Source of the DNA: a virus
Virus record (IMG/VR): IMGVR_UViG_3300010371_000036
Coordinates: 1 to 64,000 of that record
Direction: 5' to 3' (one strand)
Length of the DNA: 64,000 nt
Shown: in pieces, positions 44,085 to 53,602 of the stretch
Layout of the letters: the number at the start of each line of letters is the position of its first letter
How positions within the stretch are numbered: position 1 is the stretch's first letter
Program-made: the position numbers and the translations under genes
The notes under the pieces: generated by a model
What the model was told of the DNA's origin: nothing
What the model saw: the letters and a program-made list of their open reading frames with translations, nothing else
Databases searched by the model: none

Positions 44085-46316
44085 CTACCGACGACTCCGA
44101 ACTCCGACGAGCCACTCCTTCCCGGTCAGCCAGCGCGCGCCGTCCCAGACCGTGACGTCGCGGTACCACTTCACGAAGTTCTCGACGGGCCGCCGGCCGT
44201 AGACCGCCGTGTCGAGGAGGTAGGCGAGCCGGCCCTTCTCCTTACCGTCCGCGGACCGGCAGAGCCGGCCCTTCACCTGCCCGAGCTTCTGGGCGTTGTT
44301 CCCCATCGGCGTCGCCGCGACGCCGCGGGCAACGGCGGGGACGTCGATCCCCTCGCCGATCGCCTGGTAGGTCCCGACCGCGACCCGGAGCTTGCCCTCC
44401 TTCAGCCGCGACTTGGTCCGGTCGAACTCCGCCGCCTCCGCGGCGCCGCCGAGCATCAGGCCGCCGGGGATCCCCATCTGCGCGACCTGCGCGTCGAGGT
44501 ACCGCGCGTGCTCGACCCGGTGCGTAAAGACGATCACCTGCTCGCCCGAGGCGACCGCGCTCCGGACGAGCGCGAGGACCTGGGCGTTGCGCGCCGGGTC
44601 CGCCGTCATCTTCTCGAGGAGCAGGTTGAAGTCCTGCCGGTACTTGTACCAGGGCGCCGAGAAGCGCGTCGGGACGCACGCGACCTCGACGTCGACGATC
44701 GACCCGGAGGCGAGGACCCGCTCCTCGGGGATCCGGCAGATCACCGACCCGATGAGGTCGTACGTGAAGAACTCGAGCCGGTCCTTCCGCGTGTGGTCCG
44801 CCGAGAGCCCGTAGCGCTTGCGCGCCCGGATCGGGTCGATCGCCGCGAAGACCGTGTCCGCGGGGGCGCGCTGGACCTCGTCGAAGAGGAAGACGTCGAA
44901 CGCGTCGCCGAGCTCCCCGGCGCCGGCGCGGAACCGGTTCGCCATCGTCATCTGCATGCAGAGCGTCAGCGGGCGGATCGTCTCGCGGTCCCCCTGGATG
45001 TGCCCGACCTCCTCCGGCTCGAGCCCGAGCTCCTCGACGGCGCGCTCGCGCCACTGCTTCAGGAGCGCCGTCGAGCAGAGCATCACGAGCGAGCGCCGCT
45101 TGTGGTGGGCGACGATCCCGTAGCCGGAGGTCGTCTTCCCCGAGTTATGGACAGCGACCCCGTTCGCGATAAACGCGTGCGCGTGTTCGACCTGAAGATC
45201 AAACGTCATCCGCTCGCCGGCATACCGGATCCCCCGGACCCGCTCCGGGACGAGCCGTGCCTCGACGTTCCGCTTCGACTCCGTGAGGTGGAGGCCCCGA
45301 TGCTCCTCGTGCGTGACGACCTCGAGGTTGTCCGGCTCGTTGTTCAGCGAATCGCCGTCCTTGTGATGTACGACCCACTCCTCCGGATCGAGGAACCTTA
45401 GGCCCTCGCGGCCGGCCTCGACCTGGCAGAGAAAGTCGAGAAGAGAGAGACCGTTCAGGCGCGCCTCCGCAATGAGGCGATGGAGCGGAACCGTCCACCC
45501 ACCCTTCGCCGGGTTCACACCGCGTCGTCCCGCAAACGGATGCTTCCGACAGACCCGGAGACGGTACCAAGGCTTTTTCGATAACCGCCCGCGCGGAATC
45601 CCGCCGTCGACGAGAACGTAGTCGCCCTCAACGAGATCACAGAGTGGGACCCAACCGAACGGGGTTTTGAACCGATGGTCGTCGGTCGCGAGAACCGGAC
45701 CGTAACCGCTAACGAGAACCTCGTAGACCGGCTTCAGCCCACTCTCGACCGCGCCCCCGAGACGCGCGAGTCGGACGGTCCCGTCATCAAAAGGCGCGCG
45801 AACGTACGTCGGAATCGACGGATCCCAGATCCGATTCTGGGCACGGCCCCCGTTGAACATCCGGACGACGTGGGAGAGCTTCATCTGGGAGCCCTTCCCC
45901 GCACGGTTTACGCCGATCAGTGCGTCACCGTCGATACAACCCGTCGGGGAGATGACGAGCCCGTGGTCGTGGGCGTCGGTCGCCGCGACCATCTCCCGCT
46001 GGTAGTCGCGCGGCGCCTTCCGGTGGTCGGGGAAGTCCGGCTCCGGGTGACGCCACGTCCGCCGGTCGTCGAGGACGGAACCCGGGTTCCGTCCGAGGAC
46101 CTCCTCGACCTTCGCGAGCCCGCCGCGGGGGACCGTCAGGTTCCCGTCCGCGTCGTGCTCCCAGGTCTTGTACGTCGGCGGCTCCTCGCCGGCTCGGCGC
46201 GGGTCCTTCCCGAAGTTCGGGTTCGCGTGCGTGAACGCGGACCGGATCGCCTGCGCCTGCGCCTCCGAGAGGCTCTCGAGCGGGACGCGGACCCGGCCGT
46301 CGACGACGATCCTCAC
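44085..46316 (-). CDS. SF2 (DEAD/DEAH-like) helicase containing an intein
   Basis: PRDYQ, SPTG|SGKT, DEVQR, GLSAD, GEGIDVP, QVKGRLCR. Confidence 0.9.
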   Translation of the reverse strand: MRIVVDGRVRVPLESLSEAQAQAIRSAFTHANPNFGKDPRRAGEEPPTYKTWEHDADGNLTVPRGGLAKVEEVLGRNPGSVLDDRRTWRHPEPDFPDHRKAPRDYQREMVAATDAHDHGLVISPTGCIDGDALIGVNRAGKGSQMKLSHVVRMFNGGRAQNRIWDPSIPTYVRAPFDDGTVRLARLGGAVESGLKPVYEVLVSGYGPVLATDDHRFKTPFGWVPLCDLVEGDYVLVDGGIPRGRLSKKPWYRLRVCRKHPFAGRRGVNPAKGGWTVPLHRLIAEARLNGLSLLDFLCQVEAGREGLRFLDPEEWVVHHKDGDSLNNEPDNLEVVTHEEHRGLHLTESKRNVEARLVPERVRGIRYAGERMTFDLQVEHAHAFIANGVAVHNSGKTTSGYGIVAHHKRRSLVMLCSTALLKQWRERAVEELGLEPEEVGHIQGDRETIRPLTLCMQMTMANRFRAGAGELGDAFDVFLFDEVQRAPADTVFAAIDPIRARKRYGLSADHTRKDRLEFFTYDLIGSVICRIPEERVLASGSIVDVEVACVPTRFSAPWYKYRQDFNLLLEKMTADPARNAQVLALVRSAVASGEQVIVFTHRVEHARYLDAQVAQMGIPGGLMLGGAAEAAEFDRTKSRLKEGKLRVAVGTYQAIGEGIDVPAVARGVAATPMGNNAQKLGQVKGRLCRSADGKEKGRLAYLLDTAVYGRRPVENFVKWYRDVTVWDGARWLTGKEWLVGVRSRR
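45144..45938 (-). mobile_element. intein (265 aa) with HNH endonuclease, in the SF2 Walker A
   Basis: Starts CIDGD, has TDDH (block B), VHHKDGDSLNNEPDNL (HNH), ends VAVHN before Ser. Confidence 0.92.
46074..46093. repeat. 20-bp palindrome copy 12, inside the helicase N-terminal domain (GRNPGSV)
   Basis: GACGGAACCCGGGTTCCGTC. Confidence 0.97.
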
Positions 46317-46540
46317 GCGAGGACCCACCCCGCGGCGCGGAGGAACTCGTCCGCCGCCTCCTTCGTAGGGAACTCCGTCCACTCGGCGTAGAGCGAGGGT
46401 CGCGCGTAAACGCACGTCGGGAAGACGCACGCGAGCGTATAGACATCCGGATAACCCAGGGTGACCGGGCGACGGACTTGCCTGCACTCGACCCCCGCGT
46501 CGATGTTCCACGGCCCGACGGTACCGCGATCCTCAGCCAT
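46313..46540 (-). CDS. hypothetical protein
   Basis: SD-preceded ATG; GTGA overlap. Confidence 0.55.
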   Translation of the reverse strand: MAEDRGTVGPWNIDAGVECRQVRRPVTLGYPDVYTLACVFPTCVYARPSLYAEWTEFPTKEAADEFLRAAGWVLA

Positions 46541-46576
46541 AGCTCCTAGCTCCTCCGAGTCCGGGAGAATGCCGCG

Positions 46577-46596
46577 GACGGAACCCGGGTTCCGTC
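46577..46596. repeat. 20-bp palindrome copy 13, directly after a TAG stop
   Basis: GACGGAACCCGGGTTCCGTC. Confidence 0.97.
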
Positions 46597-46815
46597 CTAG
46601 CGCCCGAGGTCCTCGCGCAGCTTCGCGAACGCCCGCGCCTGCCGGATCCGCTCCTCGGCCGTGTAGACCGACTTCGCCGTGACGCCGTACCGCTTCGCGA
46701 TCTCCGAGGCCGAGACGCCCCGGCCCCGGAGCTCCGCGATCTCCGCGTCCCGAGGCGAGAGGACCGGACCCCGGTAGGTGACCTTCGCGCCGCGCTTCTG
46801 ACTGCTCCCGCTCAC
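46597..46815 (-). CDS. small HTH DNA-binding protein
   Basis: SPRDAEIAELRGRGVSASEIAKRYGVTAKSVY. Confidence 0.75.
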   Translation of the reverse strand: MSGSSQKRGAKVTYRGPVLSPRDAEIAELRGRGVSASEIAKRYGVTAKSVYTAEERIRQARAFAKLREDLGR

Positions 46816-46839
46816 GTCCGTCCGGATGCCGCGCGGGAG

Positions 46840-47240
46840 GGCCTAGAACTCGCGATCCCGGATCGAGGGAGGGGAGCTAAGCGTTCGCCTCGCGGGATCC
46901 CGAAAACGACTACGCGCGCAGCGACACGCGGAGCGTGTCGCGCTTGTATTCTCGAGCGCAGCGAGAGAATACAAGGAAGAGAGGAAGAATCTCCTGACTC
47001 TCGCTCTCCTGCGGAGCGCTCCTGCGCGGAGCAGCTAAGGGGATACGGGACTACGCCGAGACCCCCCGTGTAAAGCGAATTCGTGTGGGGTCACGAAAGT
47101 ACGCGTCACGACGGCGCAATCCAACTCGCCGCAGAGCTCCAAACGCGTCGAGGGCGCCCGAGCCGTAGCCCGGACGCCCTCTCCCGACTCCCGGACGGAA
47201 CCCGGGTTCCGTCCTCCCCGGGGACGCGGCATCCCCCGGG
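46840..47240. promoter_or_regulatory. divergent non-coding control region with several inverted repeats
   Basis: Strand switch, lower GC, hairpins at 46921-46941 and 46943-46975, palindrome copies on both sides. Confidence 0.55.
47194..47213. repeat. 20-bp palindrome copy 14, upstream of the plus-strand operon
   Basis: GACGGAACCCGGGTTCCGTC. Confidence 0.97.
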
Positions 47241-47243
47241 GGC

Positions 47244-47498
47244 ATGAACGACCGTGAGACCGACCTTGACGCTCCGCCGAAGATCTCCCCGACGAGCGGG
47301 AGGCTCCTCATCCGCCGGCTCTGGTGGCGGCTCCTCTCCGACCGCCTCCCGACGCGCTACCGGATCCGCACGGCCCGGACCGTCGAGCGCTGGCGCCTGA
47401 CGCGCTGGGCCTTCCTCCGGCGGGCGCGGGTCTCCGACCTCGCGCCGTGGCAGAAGGAGGCGCTCCGGATGAAGAAGAGCGCGGAGTACGGACGATGA
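47244..47498 (+). CDS. hypothetical basic protein
   Basis: ATG 11 nt after CGCGGCAT on the plus strand; ATGA overlap downstream. Confidence 0.55.
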   Translation: MNDRETDLDAPPKISPTSGRLLIRRLWWRLLSDRLPTRYRIRTARTVERWRLTRWAFLRRARVSDLAPWQKEALRMKKSAEYGR

Positions 47499-48283
47499 CC
47501 GACGACGCCGATACGCTAGTGACGGACCCGGCGGAGCACCTGTTCCGCATGTTCGCCGCGAACATCGACGGGCAAGTGACGCTGTCGATGTGCCGAGCCT
47601 TCGTGCGCCTCCTTGCCGCCGCGCTGGGGCCCGACGCGAAGGCTGATGGGGCGGCGGAGAAAGAGCCATCGCCGGAGCCGTCGTACAAGCTTCGTCCGCC
47701 GCCCGCGAAGCCCGAGGCGACGGGGGCGCCGGAGCCTCCCGAGCGGGTGACGCTGCATGAGGGCCACAACGGTTACTGGTACCGTCTCGGTGAGGTCGGC
47801 CTACTGTCGACGGGCCATGCTGCCGACTACATGCCCGTGGCTCTCGCCGAGCGCGAAGCGGCGGAGTTGCGGCGGCAGGTGGCGACGCAGCGCGCGAACG
47901 CTGAGCACATCGCCCACGAGCGAGACCTGGCATTCGAAGACCTCGCCGCCGCGCGAGCGCGGGTCGCGGGGCTCGAGACCGAGGCCATCTCCCTCCGCGC
48001 CGAGCGCACCTCCCTCGCCCACCGCGTGAAGGAGCTCGAGGCGCTCGGCCTCCACTGCGCGACGGTCGCGGGGCACGTCATCCACGGGAGCGCCGAGGCG
48101 GTGATTGCGATGCAGCGGCTCGAGGCTCGCGTCGCGGCGCTCGATGGGCCGCCGGACCCTACGCCGGAGGAGGTCTACGCTCGATCGCTCGCGAAGATGA
48201 GCACCGGCCAGGTCGCGGCGGTCAACACGGTCGACATGACGGCGATCGGCGGCGGTCGGAAGGCGACGGGGGGCCACACGTGA
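47495..48283 (+). CDS. hypothetical coiled-coil protein (MTDDAD...)
   Basis: Coupled overlaps. Confidence 0.65.
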   Translation: MTDDADTLVTDPAEHLFRMFAANIDGQVTLSMCRAFVRLLAAALGPDAKADGAAEKEPSPEPSYKLRPPPAKPEATGAPEPPERVTLHEGHNGYWYRLGEVGLLSTGHAADYMPVALAEREAAELRRQVATQRANAEHIAHERDLAFEDLAAARARVAGLETEAISLRAERTSLAHRVKELEALGLHCATVAGHVIHGSAEAVIAMQRLEARVAALDGPPDPTPEEVYARSLAKMSTGQVAAVNTVDMTAIGGGRKATGGHT

Positions 48284-48975
48284 GCGACGCGAAGCCGATG
48301 ACGCCCGAGGACCTGGCGATCGCCTTGCGCCAGCGCGCCGATGCCCGTTTCGTCGGGCACGTGAACACGGCCCTCATGCTGCAAGCCGCCGACGCGTGCG
48401 CCGAGCTCGCGCGTCTCAAGGCCGCGGTGCCGGCGGATGTGGCGGGGCTGGTGGAGGAGCTGCGCGAGCTTCGCGACTACCGCCCGATCGCCGAAGGTCC
48501 TCCGCCGGGCGTGCGGCACATTGCGTCCGGCGCCGCCGACAAGCTCGAGGCGCTGGCCCGCGAGAATGTGGAGCTGCGGCAATCAATTGTGCGCGGGGCA
48601 GACCAACTTCAAGCCGCCTTGAAGCACCATGACCATACTCTAAAGCTCGAAGTCGCGAAGCGGGCGAGCCTTCTCGCCAGCGCGCAGCGAAACGATGGCC
48701 GCATCGTGTGCACATGTGACCACCGAGGCGGCGCGCCGTGCCGCCTCCACGCTGACCTCGACTCCGCCGCCCGCAACCTCCTCGCGCGTCTCGAGGCGCT
48801 GGAGAAGGCGCGCTCTGCCCTCGACCGGCTCCGGGTCGTAAAGGTCGCCGGATGCCTTTGCTGCAACCCAGAGTACTGCGGCGACTGCGGGCCGTGCCCG
48901 AAGTGCGAGGCGGACGCCTCGATCGACGCCCTCGCGAAGCTCGACGGCGGAACGGGCGGGGAGAAGAAGACATGA
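48280..48975 (+). CDS. hypothetical coiled-coil, Cys-rich protein
   Basis: Coupled overlaps; CTC...PCRLH and CLCC...C..C..C..C. Confidence 0.65.
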   Translation: MSDAKPMTPEDLAIALRQRADARFVGHVNTALMLQAADACAELARLKAAVPADVAGLVEELRELRDYRPIAEGPPPGVRHIASGAADKLEALARENVELRQSIVRGADQLQAALKHHDHTLKLEVAKRASLLASAQRNDGRIVCTCDHRGGAPCRLHADLDSAARNLLARLEALEKARSALDRLRVVKVAGCLCCNPEYCGDCGPCPKCEADASIDALAKLDGGTGGEKKT

Positions 48976-49259
48976 TCACCTGGGAGCGCATCGCCCGCGC
49001 CGCCGCGAGAGCCGGATGGAAACCCGTCCCCCCGACGCTCCTCGATCGCCTCCGCGCCTCTCTCGCCCGAGAGCCCGACACGACGCCGTGGCTCCTCGGC
49101 TACCGGTGCTCCTGCGGCCACGTCGAAGAGCGGCGCGTCCCGAAGCACGAGCGAGTCCTAATCCGCCCGTTCCGTAACCTCGCGGCGCGAGCTCACCTCC
49201 GCGACGCCTGCCCGTTCGCGGACGGCGTGGTCGAGGAGATCGACCGGGCGGCGCCGTGA
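48972..49259 (+). CDS. hypothetical protein (MITWERI...)
   Basis: ATGA overlap; CSCGH. Confidence 0.55.
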   Translation: MITWERIARAAARAGWKPVPPTLLDRLRASLAREPDTTPWLLGYRCSCGHVEERRVPKHERVLIRPFRNLAARAHLRDACPFADGVVEEIDRAAP

Positions 49260-49367
49260 GCCGGGTACCCGAGGGGGACCTCGAGTGAGCCCCGCGCGCC
49301 GGCGCGACCTCGCCATCTTGAGGGCGGCGCTCGCGTTCTTCGCGGCCTGCCTCGCCTGGTACCTCCG

Positions 49368-50006
49368 CTAGGCCGCGCGGGCGAAGGAGGGGACCTCGCC
49401 CTTCATGTCCGGGGCGACGACGTTCGGGTCGAAGCGCGTCCCGGCGAGGGAGATCTCCGCCGCCTGGTGCATCGCGCAGCCGCGGACGGCGACCGCGCGG
49501 TGTCCGGCGTCCGACCCGTAGGAGTCGAAGCCACGGAGCTCGTAGAGGTCCGTCGCCGAGAGTGGGACCCGGAAGCCGACGTAGAGGCCGGCGCGGTAGC
49601 CGTGGGCGAGGACGAGGGTCTGCCACGCGTCGGCGAAGGCGAGCGTCGCCGCCCGCGTCCCGCCGATCCCCTCTAAGTCGAGGAAGATGTGCGCGCCCGC
49701 CGGGTAGCCGACCGCCTTCGCGGCGAGGCAGGCGGCGTCGGCGTCCGTCGCCCCGCTGTGCGCGCCCGGGTCCCAGCCCTCGAAGCGCGGGTGCTGGTAG
49801 AGCCAGCACGCGAGGCCCTTGCCGAGGATCCGCTCGAACTCCCCGGGCGAGATGTCGAAGCGGGCCGAGACGCCCGGGAGGTTGACGTACCGGCCGATGC
49901 CGAGGGCGCCGCGGGCGATGGCGGCGTCGAGGACGGCGTCGGAGCACGGCGCGTTCGTGTCGAGGTAGAGGCCGGGGACGGCGGGACGGGCGAGGGCGGC
50001 GAGCAT
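49368..50006 (-). CDS. DUF1906/Rv2525c-like glycoside hydrolase, candidate endolysin
   Basis: IGRY, GxxDA, GYPAGAHIFLDLEG, YRAGLYVG; GGAGG SD. Confidence 0.75.
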   Translation of the reverse strand: MLAALARPAVPGLYLDTNAPCSDAVLDAAIARGALGIGRYVNLPGVSARFDISPGEFERILGKGLACWLYQHPRFEGWDPGAHSGATDADAACLAAKAVGYPAGAHIFLDLEGIGGTRAATLAFADAWQTLVLAHGYRAGLYVGFRVPLSATDLYELRGFDSYGSDAGHRAVAVRGCAMHQAAEISLAGTRFDPNVVAPDMKGEVPSFARAA

Positions 50007-50015
50007 GGGGACCTC

Positions 50016-51916
50016 CTAGAAGCTGAGGGGGAGATCGGGAACGACTCCTCGGCGACGCCGTTCTGGGTCGGCGACGGGCCCGACGCGACGACCCGGATGA
50101 CGCCCGTCGTCCCCGGCATGGGGGAGGGGACGACGACGTCGGCGTGGTAGGCCCCGGTCCCGTCGCGGGAGACTACGGGGACGGTCGTCGTGCCGTTCGG
50201 CCAGTGCGCGAGCGCGGTGACGCTCGGCGGGTCGGCGGCGACCCCGAGCTGGAGGATCGTCACCGAGAAGCGGATCGACTGCCCGGGCTTGTACATGGTC
50301 GGGTCTCGCGTGAGGGTGATGACGAGCGCCGGCGCGTCGGTGACGGCGAGGGCGAGCGCGGCGACGGCGGCGACCGCGATCGCTAGGGCGGCGGCGTCGG
50401 CGACGGAGACGGCGAGCGCCGGCGCGTCGGTGACGGAGAGGCTGTAGGGGGAGTCGACGCCCCCGGAGATCGCGCTCACCCCGACCCGGGCGACGGCCCG
50501 CGCCCCCGCCGCGCCGATCGTCGTCGAGACGTCCGGGTCGACGTTCCCGACCCGGGCGACGGCGCGGGCCCCGGCGACCTGGGGATAGACTCCGGGCGCC
50601 ACGGCGCCTGGGCGGGCCGCGGCGCGGCGCCCGGTCACCAGGGCGGTAACGGAGCCCTGGACCTGGGCGGACGCCGTCCCGGGGCGCGCAGAGGCCGCGG
50701 CGCCGGTCGGGGACGGCCTCGCCCCGGCGGTCGCCGCGGGGGAGCCCGGGCGGGTCGCGGAGATCGCCCCGGAGGGCGTCGCTCGCGCCGTCGCGGTGAC
50801 GGCCGCGGCGCCGGGGCGGGCGGACCTCTGGGCGCCCGCGACGTTCGCCGTCGTCGAGCCGCTGGCGGAGACCGCGGGGGAACCGACGCGGGCGGTCGCC
50901 GTCGCGCCCGCGACCGAGCGCGTGACGCCGGCGAGGACGGTCGCCGACCCGGGGCGCGCCGCGGCGGTCGCGCCGGAGGGCGTCGCCCGGGCGGTCGCCG
51001 TCGCTGAGGGGGAGCCGGGTCGGGAGGAGGCGACGGCGCCGGCCGTCGCGGTCGCGACCTTAGCGAGCACCGCTCCGGGGCGGGAGGAGGCGGTGGCGCC
51101 GGCGACGGAGACCGACGCGTCGACGCGGACCGCGGGCGTCCCCGGCCGGGAGGACTTCTGAGCGCCCGCGACCGAGGCGAGCGACGTCCCGGTCTGGCTC
51201 GAGGCGCCCGGCCGGGAGGACTTCTGAGCGCCGGCGATCTGCGGCGCGACGCCGGCGACGGCCGTCCCGGGGCGGGCGGAGACCTGGGCGCCCGTCGCGT
51301 TCGCCGTCGCGTTCGCCGAGCTCGAGATCGCGAGCGTGACGAGGACGATCTGCCAGAAGCCCGAGGTACACGTCGCCGTCGCGTTGTAGGTACCCGTCGA
51401 GGTGACGTTCTGGTCCTCGAGCTCCGTCCCGAACCCGTAGCTCGCGCCGTTCAGCGTGTAGCCCGTCCCGGCGGCGACGCCACTCGCGAACGCGATGTGA
51501 GCGAAGAGGAGCTCGTTCGCGCTCGTCGTGACGACGTTGCCCGAGTTGATCGACGCGGAGTTCCCGTTCGCGCTCGCCGTCTTGTCGAAAGCGACGGTCC
51601 CGGTGAAGCTGTACTCCGCGACGGAGATGTCCATCCCCGTCGAGCTCGTCGACGTCGCCGTGATGGTCGTCGACCCACCGACGGCGAGGACGCAGAGGAA
51701 GATCGCCTGGTAGACGTTCCCGAAGAGGACGTTCGTCCCGCCGATCCGCGTATACGTGTTGCTCGCGCCGTGATTGTCCGTCGGCGTGTTGATCGCGTGG
51801 TCGGAGCGGACCGAGACGAGGACGAAGTTCCCGGCCGTCAGCGTCCCGGTCGCCGAGATGGTCGGCGTCCCGACCTGCGCCGGCGCGATGCGCTGGACGC
51901 GCGTGGCCCCGGGCAC
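50016..51916 (-). CDS. virion/tail protein with Ala-rich GAxxxxRPG repeats (3' end uncertain, see frameshift finding)
   Basis: Ser/Thr-rich beta domain followed by many GAQxSxRPG-like repeats. Confidence 0.7.
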
Positions 51917-51919
51917 GCG

Positions 51920-52156
51920 CTAGGTCCCGTCGTCCGGGGACCAGGGCGCGCCGTCGAGCGTCCAGGAGAGCTCGAGGCCGAGCTCCGCGGCGATCGCGCG
52001 CTGCCCGGCGACCCAGGCGTCGGCGCGCTCGTCGTGCCCGTCCCCGTACGAGGTGAGCGTCGAGCGCCAGAGGGCGGGCGGGCCCCACGGGCTCTTCACC
52101 GCGTAGGGCTCGCCGTCCTTCGTCGCCGTCACGGCGTAGTGGCGCTCGTCGGGCAC
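51920..52156 (-). CDS. hypothetical protein
   Basis: Fills the gap; purine-rich RBS. Confidence 0.55.
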   Translation of the reverse strand: MPDERHYAVTATKDGEPYAVKSPWGPPALWRSTLTSYGDGHDERADAWVAGQRAIAAELGLELSWTLDGAPWSPDDGT

Positions 52157-52181
52157 GCTCAGCCTCGTTTCTTTCTACGGA

Positions 52182-52739
52182 TTATCCGGAGGCGCGGCTC
52201 TTCCCCGAGAGGATGCGGGAGATCGCGCTCTGCGTGACGCCGAACTCGGAGGCGAGTTCGCTCTGGAGTACGCCGCCGGAGGCGTACCGCGTTCTCACGT
52301 CGAGGACCTGCGCCGTCGTGAGCTTCGAGGCGGCGCAGCGCTCGCCGCGCGGGCGGCTCTCCGGGTGCGTGTGTGCACCGTTCCGATCGCCGCGGGCGAC
52401 ACGCTCCGGGTGTCGCCGGCTCCAGTGGTCGTCGCCTCTCGGGCTACGGCCCTTCGACGCCATGTCCGCGTTATTATCCGCCCTCGTCCCGAGGAAGAGG
52501 TGGGCCGGGTTCACGCACGGCGGGTTATCACACCGGTGGAGGACGCAGCGCCCTCCCGTCGAACCGTGGGTGAGCGTCCACGCACCGACGTGGGCCAGGA
52601 CGACGCGACCTTCGAGCGTCGCGCGTCCGTAGCCCTTCTTCATCGGTGGCCCGGTCCAGAGCCAGCACTCGTCAGGGCCGCGTCGGTCTACGCGTTCCCA
52701 GAAATCAGCAACCGTCGTTCGCCGTCCTCGCATGCGCAA
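52182..52739 (-). CDS. HNH homing endonuclease
   Basis: [43 protein letters not shown]; C-terminal HTH. Confidence 0.9.
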   Translation of the reverse strand: MRMRGRRTTVADFWERVDRRGPDECWLWTGPPMKKGYGRATLEGRVVLAHVGAWTLTHGSTGGRCVLHRCDNPPCVNPAHLFLGTRADNNADMASKGRSPRGDDHWSRRHPERVARGDRNGAHTHPESRPRGERCAASKLTTAQVLDVRTRYASGGVLQSELASEFGVTQSAISRILSGKSRASG

Positions 52740-52775
52740 ACAATATGCGCACTTGAATAGGGCGACTAGGTTTCA

Positions 52776-53198
52776 TTAATTCTGGAGCCCAAATTGGGTC
52801 GCCATGTGGACGGTGAACGTCCCGGCGGTCGACGTGAAGGAGCCGCCGAAGTCGTTCAGCCAGTAGAGGTTGTCCGCCGACGCCGCGCCGCCGCGGTGCT
52901 TGTAGACGACCCCGTACGCCGCGGTGATGGTCGCCGTCGTCCAGACGGCGTCCGCGGTGTTGTAGAGCTCGAGGTCGGAGTTCCCGCTCGCCGCCGTCAG
53001 CGTGATCGTCACGGCCTGGCCGCCCGCGGTGTACCCCGTGCCCGTGATCTCGTTGGTGATGTCGCTCCGCTTCGCGTGCGCGCTCTTGCTCGGCGTGTAC
53101 GAGGAGGTCGTGAGCATCTCGTAGACCGTGTCCGACGACGGCGTGACGAGCCCCTGCGCCATGTCGTGCCAGAAGGAGTCGAAGAAGATGGTGGCCAT
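52776..53198 (-). CDS. putative virion structural protein
   Basis: EITGTGYTAGG...WTTATITA pattern of phage structural proteins. Confidence 0.7.
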   Translation of the reverse strand: MATIFFDSFWHDMAQGLVTPSSDTVYEMLTTSSYTPSKSAHAKRSDITNEITGTGYTAGGQAVTITLTAASGNSDLELYNTADAVWTTATITAAYGVVYKHRGGAASADNLYWLNDFGGSFTSTAGTFTVHMATQFGLQN

Positions 53199-53599
53199 TA
53201 GCTACCGCCCCCGCTCGCCGCGGCGATCGCGTCCTTCGCCGAGACCTGGGCACCCTCGACCTCGACGGTGATGTGCTGCTGCCGCGCCTCGCCCGAGCCG
53301 AGCGCGGAGGCGAGCGAGCGGGCCGCCTCGATGAAGAGCGTCGTCTTCCGCTGGACCGCCTGGGGCGACTTGTGGAGGTGAACGGCGCCGGGTACGCCGA
53401 TGTGCCTCTCTGCGTGGATGCTCGACGCCGTGTAGCCCTCGAGAGCCTTCCGCGCGTCGTCCTCCCAGCCGGCGCGCTCGGCGTCCGAGAGGTCGTCGTA
53501 CGCGGGGACCGGGTCCTCGCCGCTCCCGTCGGCGAACGCGGCGATCGCCCCGTAGGCGAACCGGGCGCAGAGGGGGATCCGCTTGTCGTTACTGGCCAT
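53198..53599 (-). CDS. hypothetical protein
   Basis: Clean coupled ORF (PAYDDLSDAER). Confidence 0.6.
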   Translation of the reverse strand: MASNDKRIPLCARFAYGAIAAFADGSGEDPVPAYDDLSDAERAGWEDDARKALEGYTASSIHAERHIGVPGAVHLHKSPQAVQRKTTLFIEAARSLASALGSGEARQQHITVEVEGAQVSAKDAIAAASGGGS

Positions 53600-53602
53600 G
53601 GA

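Noticed and set aside
99-46391. Long plus-strand ORFs (e.g. 2698-5310, 5139-7838, 27720-30749) and many alternative-frame minus-strand ORFs
   Set aside because: Arg/Pro/Gly-rich shadow ORFs expected at this GC; the opposite strand carries recognisable genes.
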